Below are positions 18,615 to 24,000 of a DNA stretch of 24,000 nucleotides, in pieces (within the stretch, counting starts at the first letter, position 1; each line of letters opens with the position of its first letter). The translations under genes were made by a program, and so were the position numbers. Where the stretch lies: positions 406,544-430,543 of the forward strand of contig NZ_CP064923.1 of assembly GCF_018336915.1 (NCBI RefSeq). Reading direction: 5' to 3'. The notes beneath the pieces are model-generated. The model made no database searches and was not told the DNA's origin. It was given only the letters and a program-made list of their open reading frames with translations. Origin of the DNA: Acaryochloris marina S15 (GTDB lineage: Bacteria; Cyanobacteriota; Cyanobacteriia; Thermosynechococcales; Thermosynechococcaceae).

Positions 18615-19739
18615 ATGCAAACTTTGCAAGCAAAACCCAAAACACGAGTCTATTACTTTGATGCTTTAAAAACGATCTCTATTTGTTTAGTTTGCATCTA
18701 TCACTACAATGCCTTAAATCTTGACATCATTAATAACCCTGGCTTGGGAGTGTATATAAACTACTTGTTCTATGGCCTTTCCAGTATGGCAGTTCCATTG
18801 TTTTTTATGGTTAATGGAGCTTTGCTATTAAATAGACCTTATCAGTTAAAAAAGCATATTAGAAAGACTATTTATCTATACGTATTGTTGAATCTATGGA
18901 GCTTAATTTCTCTCACCCTCTTTATTCCCATTGAAGGAACGACCTATTCCATTAAGGAATTTCTGAGCTCATGGTTTCTTCTGAAAGTGCATGTGAGTAA
19001 CCATCTATGGTTTCTGCAAGCCTTGGTGTCTGTCTATTTATTGTTTCCTGTGATTAAGGCTGTATATGACTTGGAAGACAATAAATTAACTTTGAAAATA
19101 TTATGCTTTGTGGTTTTTATATTTTCATTTGGTAGCTTATTTCTCCATACTATATTGAATGTAGCTGAAACCGTCTTGGGTTTTAACTATATCAACTCCA
19201 ACAGTTTTAATTTCTTCCCTGGCATCAACCCCTTTAATCAGTACTCCTATGCATATATCTATTTTATTTTGGGCGGTGTCCTGGCTGATCAGTTTTCACC
19301 CGATAAGATAGGGTCTGAAAGGACGATATCTCTAAGGCGAATTAGCTTATTCTCATTCTTGTTGGCCTGGATGTCTTTGTTCTTGTATGGGGTGATGACA
19401 ACCGTTTCTAGCCAATCTTTTTACGATACTGTTTGGAATGGATACTATTCCATGATGACATTGGTCATGTCAGCCGCCTGCTTTTATTTTCTGTCTAGTT
19501 TGTCTTATGGCAATAAGATATTAAATTCTGTCTTTGTGGTGGTGGGGACCAGTACGTTTGGGATCTATCTGCTCCATCGATTTGTCGGTGCTGTATCTAT
19601 TAAATATTTTCAAAATATTCCATTTTCTACTAACTTGGTGCCAAATCTGCTGTACAGCTTTTGCGTTGTAGCCGTCACATTATTAGCTGTTCAAGTCTTA
19701 AAAGCGATTCCTCTGTTCAGAAGAACGATCGATCTCTAG
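18615..19739 (+). CDS. membrane acyltransferase, acyltransferase-3 family (OatA/WecH-like)
   Basis: RVYYFDALKTISICLVCIYHYNAL...; multiple hydrophobic helices; FFMVNGALLLNRPYQLKKHIRK; C-terminal GTSTFGIYLLHRFVG. Confidence 0.87.
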   Translation: MQTLQAKPKTRVYYFDALKTISICLVCIYHYNALNLDIINNPGLGVYINYLFYGLSSMAVPLFFMVNGALLLNRPYQLKKHIRKTIYLYVLLNLWSLISLTLFIPIEGTTYSIKEFLSSWFLLKVHVSNHLWFLQALVSVYLLFPVIKAVYDLEDNKLTLKILCFVVFIFSFGSLFLHTILNVAETVLGFNYINSNSFNFFPGINPFNQYSYAYIYFILGGVLADQFSPDKIGSERTISLRRISLFSFLLAWMSLFLYGVMTTVSSQSFYDTVWNGYYSMMTLVMSAACFYFLSSLSYGNKILNSVFVVVGTSTFGIYLLHRFVGAVSIKYFQNIPFSTNLVPNLLYSFCVVAVTLLAVQVLKAIPLFRRTIDL

Positions 19740-20019
19740 CATTAAGTTCACATAGGTATTGCCAGGCAGTCAGCTCTTTGGGACTGAAAGGGTCTGACTT
19801 ATTGGATAAAAAAGACTTAACCCTGAGCATAGCGACATAGAACTTTGAGAGAAGACGAGATCTTGGTTGGAGACTTTAATATTTCTGGGATCTTAAAGGT
19901 CACAATCCCTTTCGCTCTAGCCTGAGAATTGTTGCACCCAGGTGAGTAGATGAACCCTAGTCCATGCTTAGATAAGCAGTGGGTTGATGATGTGCACTGC
20001 AATGGGATTGTAAAAACTT

Positions 20020-20880
20020 TTGGTGAAGTCCACTGCCTCTTCCAAGCCCCGACAGGGTTGGTCCCTAGACGATCGAGATCCAGCTGCGATCGCAGCTTTA
20101 ATACCGCGCTGGCAGTGGTTTTACGATTATTATTTTCGGGTTCAAACTAGTGGCTGGCACCATGTGCCTGCAGAGAAAGCCCTATTCGTTGGCTCCCATA
20201 ATGGCGGCTTTGCAGCGCCCGACCTACATATGTTTATGTATGACTGGTTTTGTCGTTTTGGGGCTGAACGACCGATTTATGGCCTGATGCATAAAGGCAT
20301 GTGGCGGGTTAATCCCAGGGTGGCAGAATTTGCCACTCTGGGGGGAGCGATTCGTGCCTATCCGACGGTAGCGAGGACTGCCTTGCAGAGTGGAGCTAGC
20401 GTTGCGGTGTTTCCAGGGGGTGCCCAGGATGTGTTTCGGCCCCATCGACTGCGGGACCGGATTTATTTTTGCGATCGCAAAGGGTTTATCAAGTTAGCCT
20501 TACAAGAAGCCGTTCCCATTATTCCCTTCATTTCCTGGGGAGCCCATGACACCTTAGTGGTGTTAGCCGACTGTTATGACTTGATGAAACAGCTGCATGA
20601 TCTTGGGCTGCCCTGGCTGTTAGAGACTGACCCGACTATTTTCCCCATTTATCTGGGTTTACCCTGGGGACTGAGCATCGGACCTTTGCCCAACTTTCCG
20701 TTACCCATGCAAATTCACACACGGATTTGTCCACCCATTCACTTTGAGCGATATGGCAGACAGGCAGCGAAGGATAAGGCCTATGTTCAAGACTGCTATG
20801 ATCTGGTGGTTAGTACCATGCAAGATGCCTTGGATCAGCTCATCCTGAACGCCAGTGGGTTTGAATCTGGATGCCAGTAG
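20020..20880 (+). CDS. glycerol acyltransferase family protein (PlsC/DGAT-like)
   Basis: ALFVGSHNGGFAAPDLHMFMYDWF; LGGAIRAYPTVARTALQSGASVAVFPGGAQDVFRP; IIPFISWGAHDTLVVL. NH(N)xxxxD-type active site is present as SHNGGFAAPD. Confidence 0.8.
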   Translation: MVKSTASSKPRQGWSLDDRDPAAIAALIPRWQWFYDYYFRVQTSGWHHVPAEKALFVGSHNGGFAAPDLHMFMYDWFCRFGAERPIYGLMHKGMWRVNPRVAEFATLGGAIRAYPTVARTALQSGASVAVFPGGAQDVFRPHRLRDRIYFCDRKGFIKLALQEAVPIIPFISWGAHDTLVVLADCYDLMKQLHDLGLPWLLETDPTIFPIYLGLPWGLSIGPLPNFPLPMQIHTRICPPIHFERYGRQAAKDKAYVQDCYDLVVSTMQDALDQLILNASGFESGCQ

Positions 20881-21385
20881 ATACTGAGTGCTGGTGATTC
20901 CTTCGCACCAAAGATATGTTTGGATTTTCGGTTGTTTGCGATCGCAACTCTGTCTCATCAGCATACCAACAGACGTTTTGTACTGATGGTAGCCAACCAA
21001 CGATTCGTAGAAGTTTGATCACCCGACCTCGGGCAGATAAACACCAAGGGAATTACGCATTTCGATCACCCTGAGGGGAACGATAGCTAGCGCAGCCAAT
21101 CCTGGCAATGGCTACTCCATAGGTTTTATGACTCAAACTTCCCGATTTCTTCCCGAATTTTGACTGCTTTTCTTCACCTAAATTAAATACAGTCAAAATA
21201 AAGCACTAAATATACAGTGTATAAATTCTTCCAAGACTAAACTTCTATCTCGCATCTAGAGCAAGATCTGCTGTTGCAGACAAAAATTTCCTTGTTCTTT
21301 GCATTGTATAGAGAACGATGTGTTGAAGATGTGTGTTTCACAAAATATACCGTCTGCCCTTTAGAACCGACATCAAAATATAGTA

Positions 21386-21841
21386 ATGATTGAAAAAACT
21401 GTGACCATGCACTATTTCAACAATGCTATTGTGCATCCTTCAGCCACCATGACTGAAGACATATCAATTTACGATTTTCTCAACTTAGTGAATTGCTTCA
21501 GTGGTGTGGTCAAAGTCTTTTTGGGTGCAAATGTAACCGCTAACTATTTGAGGGAGACTAAGCCGGAGTTTGCCTATTTGGCTGACTTTGAAATTGATCG
21601 AAATGCACAGTTTCAATTTCGAGGAGATGGCAATCGAAAAATTACTGCTATTATCCATCTGGGCTTCAAACTCTGGTTTAATGCGTTTTTAAAACGAGTA
21701 TCGGTTCTCATTCAGAATTTACCGGAACTCATCAAGTTGGAATGTAATAAGCAAGATAAATCGACGGTTTTATCACTGCTTCCGGCTGGATACTTATGTG
21801 AAGTCGGTGATCTGCAAGAAACCAATACGGCCTTATTCTGA
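21386..21841 (+). CDS. hypothetical protein, no recognised family
   Basis: Only substantial ORF in 20.9-21.9 kb. A nearer Met (MHYFNNAIVHPSATMTEDISIYDFLNLVNCF...) lies 6 codons in. No motif recognised. Confidence 0.45.
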   Translation: MIEKTVTMHYFNNAIVHPSATMTEDISIYDFLNLVNCFSGVVKVFLGANVTANYLRETKPEFAYLADFEIDRNAQFQFRGDGNRKITAIIHLGFKLWFNAFLKRVSVLIQNLPELIKLECNKQDKSTVLSLLPAGYLCEVGDLQETNTALF

Positions 21842-21910
21842 CTTTTTACTCATATTCAACCCATGATGCAGAGTTCACAATGCTCAAGGGGTTGGTTGGT
21901 TGAGTAAAGA

Positions 21911-23062
21911 TTACTTTGGCAAATATCCTTCGACTAGGCAATCTTCACCGACAATATGCCAGCGCACCCGTTCTAGTTGAAGGGCTTCGGTCATTTTATT
22001 GAATCCCAAATCTCCCACAGGGGAAGGAGCATTTTGGCCCCCCACAATTTTGGGCGCAATAAAGGCCAAGACTTTCTGGACGGAACCATCTGCGATCGCA
22101 CGGGCAGACAAAGTCCCTCCACATTCCCATAAGACTGACAGCAGCTCCTTCTGGCCTAGATAGCTCATCACCGTTTGTGGGGTGAGCTCATCTAAGTTCA
22201 CGACTTCTACGCCCTGCTGTTCCAGATAGGCCTGTCCATCAGAATTAGGATGACCTTGGGTTAACACCATTGTAGGAGCGACGTCTGTTTCCCATAAATG
22301 TGCCGTTTGCGGCAAATCAAGGGTCCGGCTCAACACCACCCGCAGCGGATTATTGGGAGGCTGATGCGAATCGGTCTGGTGATGAGTTGTTAAATGGGGA
22401 TTATCCCTGCGGACCGTATTGCCACCGACAATGACGGCATCACAGGTTGCCCGTAGTCGATGCACATGGGAGCGGGCGATTTCTTGGGTAATCCAAGTGC
22501 TATGGCCGGCTGTCGTGGCAATTTTGCCATCTAAGGTCATGGCATATTTAAGGATGCCAAACGGGCGCTGATATAAGACTCGATGAACAAAGGCCTCATT
22601 AACGCGTTGACAGTCAGACTCTTCCACCCCTGTGATCACCTGAATCCCTGCAGCCCGAAGTCGCTCAATCCCCTTGCCCGATACCCGTGGATCTGGATCG
22701 ACCATCCCCACTACCACCGTGGCCACCCCCGCTTTCACCAGGGCTTCTGAACAGGGCGGGGTGCGACCAAAGTGATTACACGGTTCTAAACTGACATAGG
22801 CTGTAGCGCCTTTGGCTTTATCCCCTGCAGCTCTAAGGGCAAATACTTCGGCATGGGGTTCTCCAGCCTTGGGATGATAGCCTTCACCCACAATTTCTCC
22901 ATCCCGCTCAATCACACATCCCACTAGGGGATTAGGACTCGTAAAACCAGCGGCCTGCTGAGCGAGCTGTAAACAGCGCTGCATCATTTGTTGGTGATGG
23001 GGATTACTGTTCACACCATTTGTTGAAGGAGTGGACTGGTCTGACAAAGGATGAATCTCCAT
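21911..23062 (-). CDS. ribD: bifunctional diaminohydroxyphosphoribosylaminopyrimidine deaminase / 5-amino-6-(5-phosphoribosylamino)uracil reductase
   Basis: MQRCLQLAQQAAGFTSPNPLVGCVI...GYHPKAGEPHAEVFAL...AYVSLEPCNHFGRTPPC; reductase domain YAMTLDGKIATTAGHSTWIT. Confidence 0.96.
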   Translation of the reverse strand: MEIHPLSDQSTPSTNGVNSNPHHQQMMQRCLQLAQQAAGFTSPNPLVGCVIERDGEIVGEGYHPKAGEPHAEVFALRAAGDKAKGATAYVSLEPCNHFGRTPPCSEALVKAGVATVVVGMVDPDPRVSGKGIERLRAAGIQVITGVEESDCQRVNEAFVHRVLYQRPFGILKYAMTLDGKIATTAGHSTWITQEIARSHVHRLRATCDAVIVGGNTVRRDNPHLTTHHQTDSHQPPNNPLRVVLSRTLDLPQTAHLWETDVAPTMVLTQGHPNSDGQAYLEQQGVEVVNLDELTPQTVMSYLGQKELLSVLWECGGTLSARAIADGSVQKVLAFIAPKIVGGQNAPSPVGDLGFNKMTEALQLERVRWHIVGEDCLVEGYLPK

Positions 23063-23248
23063 TACGGCTATTCACTTATATAGGGCTACAAAAGGGCAGG
23101 CATATCCTTACTCTAGTTGAGCGTAACGTGGAATGGTGCTGAGGCGATATCAATCAAACCCCTTTCTCCGATAATCGCAATAGATTGCCCCGGACGGCCT
23201 AGCCATCCGTGAGTACACTAGAAAGCGTGAATCAGGACTAAACGACCT

Positions 23249-23689
23249 ATGATTACCCCAATCCTTTCATTGCTCTGTGTCGGGGTATCCTATGGACTCC
23301 TCGGTTGGCACCTCTCGGCCTACCATATTGGCTGGGCGATGGGGTCTTGGTTCGTCGCGATTTCCCTCACCATCTTGCTGTTTTGGGGGGAAGAAGTGAC
23401 CAAGCGGATGTTCCGTTTGGGACCTAGAGGAGTTGTCTCTATGCTGATTCTGAGTGGCATCATCACGATGGCAGTTGCAGCTTCCACTCTGTTTGGCATG
23501 ATTGTGGTGCTGTTAGCTTCCCAAACCCTGGCACGGCTCGAATTACAATCGGCGGGTCTCAGTCGCCGGCTCACCCTTTTGCTGATGGTTGTTTTGTCTA
23601 TTAGCACCCTCAGCGCTGGCTGGATAGCGGGTATTGATTACCCGAGTAGTAAATATTGGCTGACCTCTTTTCTGATGTCTGGGCAATAA
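23249..23689 (+). CDS. small integral membrane protein, conserved hypothetical
   Basis: 146 aa with four hydrophobic segments (SLLCVGVSYGLLGW, GSWFVAISLTILLFW, VSMLILSGIITMAVAASTLFGMIVVLLAS, LTLLLMVVLSISTLSAGWIAG). Confidence 0.65.
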   Translation: MITPILSLLCVGVSYGLLGWHLSAYHIGWAMGSWFVAISLTILLFWGEEVTKRMFRLGPRGVVSMLILSGIITMAVAASTLFGMIVVLLASQTLARLELQSAGLSRRLTLLLMVVLSISTLSAGWIAGIDYPSSKYWLTSFLMSGQ

Positions 23690-23749
23690 AATCTACAACG
23701 ATCATCTATTGCCAATAAAAAAGGGAAGCAATAAATTACTCCCCTTTAC

Positions 23750-23774
23750 AACCTCAGGAATGGTTCCTGAGGTT
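23750..23774. terminator. strong hairpin between convergent genes, probable terminator or 3' stabiliser
   Basis: AACCTCAGGAA-TGG-TTCCTGAGGTT: perfect 11-bp stem, 3-nt loop. No clear U-tract on either strand. Confidence 0.5.
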
Positions 23775-23839
23775 GATTTATAACTAAGACCTGTTAACGG
23801 TTTATTAATAAATCAACGGCTTATTAAAATGGGTGTTGT

Positions 23840-23977
23840 TTACTTAAAACCAACCGCTGCTTGCCAAACGAAAGCAAGCGCCAAAAAGAAAAGTGGAATA
23901 GCAGGCATAACATCCACAATCGGGGCAAAAACGGAGAAGGCTTCAGGTAGTTTCGCCAACAGCAGAACTGCTTCCAT
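23840..23977 (-). CDS. psbK: photosystem II reaction center protein K
   Basis: Manual translation of the minus strand: [45 protein letters not shown] (45 aa). KLPEA(F/Y)..[22 protein letters not shown](K/R) is the PsbK signature. Missing from the ORF track because of its size. Confidence 0.94.
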   Translation of the reverse strand: MEAVLLLAKLPEAFSVFAPIVDVMPAIPLFFLALAFVWQAAVGFK

Positions 23978-24000
23978 GAATAAATGTTCCTTCCAACATA

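Noticed and set aside
20701-21022. Possible decayed transposase on the minus strand (…WYADETELRSQTTENPNISLV…)
   Set aside because: Short, partly overlaps the PlsC-like gene, and the resemblance to DDE transposase segments is too weak to claim.
23320-23607. 95 aa minus-strand ORF opposite the small membrane protein
   Set aside because: Antisense shadow; the plus-strand ORF has a coherent membrane-protein pattern.
1-24000. CRISPR array, tRNA/rRNA genes, toxin-antitoxin or defence system
   Set aside because: No regularly spaced repeats, no cloverleaf or rRNA segment recognised by eye, and no defence-type proteins. A tRNAscan-SE/Infernal run would be needed to exclude small RNAs fully.

Overview
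This window looks like an ordinary cyanobacterial chromosomal segment. Gene content (ChlM, zeta-carotene desaturase, HLIP, cyAbrB, PsbK, CobL tail) supports a phototrophic cyanobacterium, possibly Acaryochloris-like; the genus is inference only. Recognisable genes: 3' end of CobL/CbiT, cyAbrB, SdhB-type Fe-S subunit, HLIP, Fe-SOD, squalene-synthase-like enzyme, phosphorylase-superfamily protein, CysQ/IMPase, ChlM, SDR, GNAT, NTF2-like/DUF4440-like, PerR-type Fur regulator divergent from a Prx5-type peroxiredoxin and glutathione reductase, Rieske lipoprotein, CrtQ, SRPBCC protein, acyltransferases, RibD, a small membrane protein, and psbK (45 aa, absent from the supplied ORF track). The best observation is a precisely delimited IS (16406-17891, about 1486 bp). 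It has 26-bp imperfect terminal inverted repeats and a 9-bp target duplication GATGCTCGC. It disrupts a gene that, once spliced in silico, encodes a ~416 aa secreted protein combining pentapeptide repeats with a C-terminal region resembling the cyanobacterial type IV pilin-like G/H domain. The IS transposase itself carries an in-frame TGA. A perfect 7-1-7 inverted repeat upstream of the peroxiredoxin is a good candidate PerR box. I found no convincing CRISPR array, defence island or new multi-gene system.
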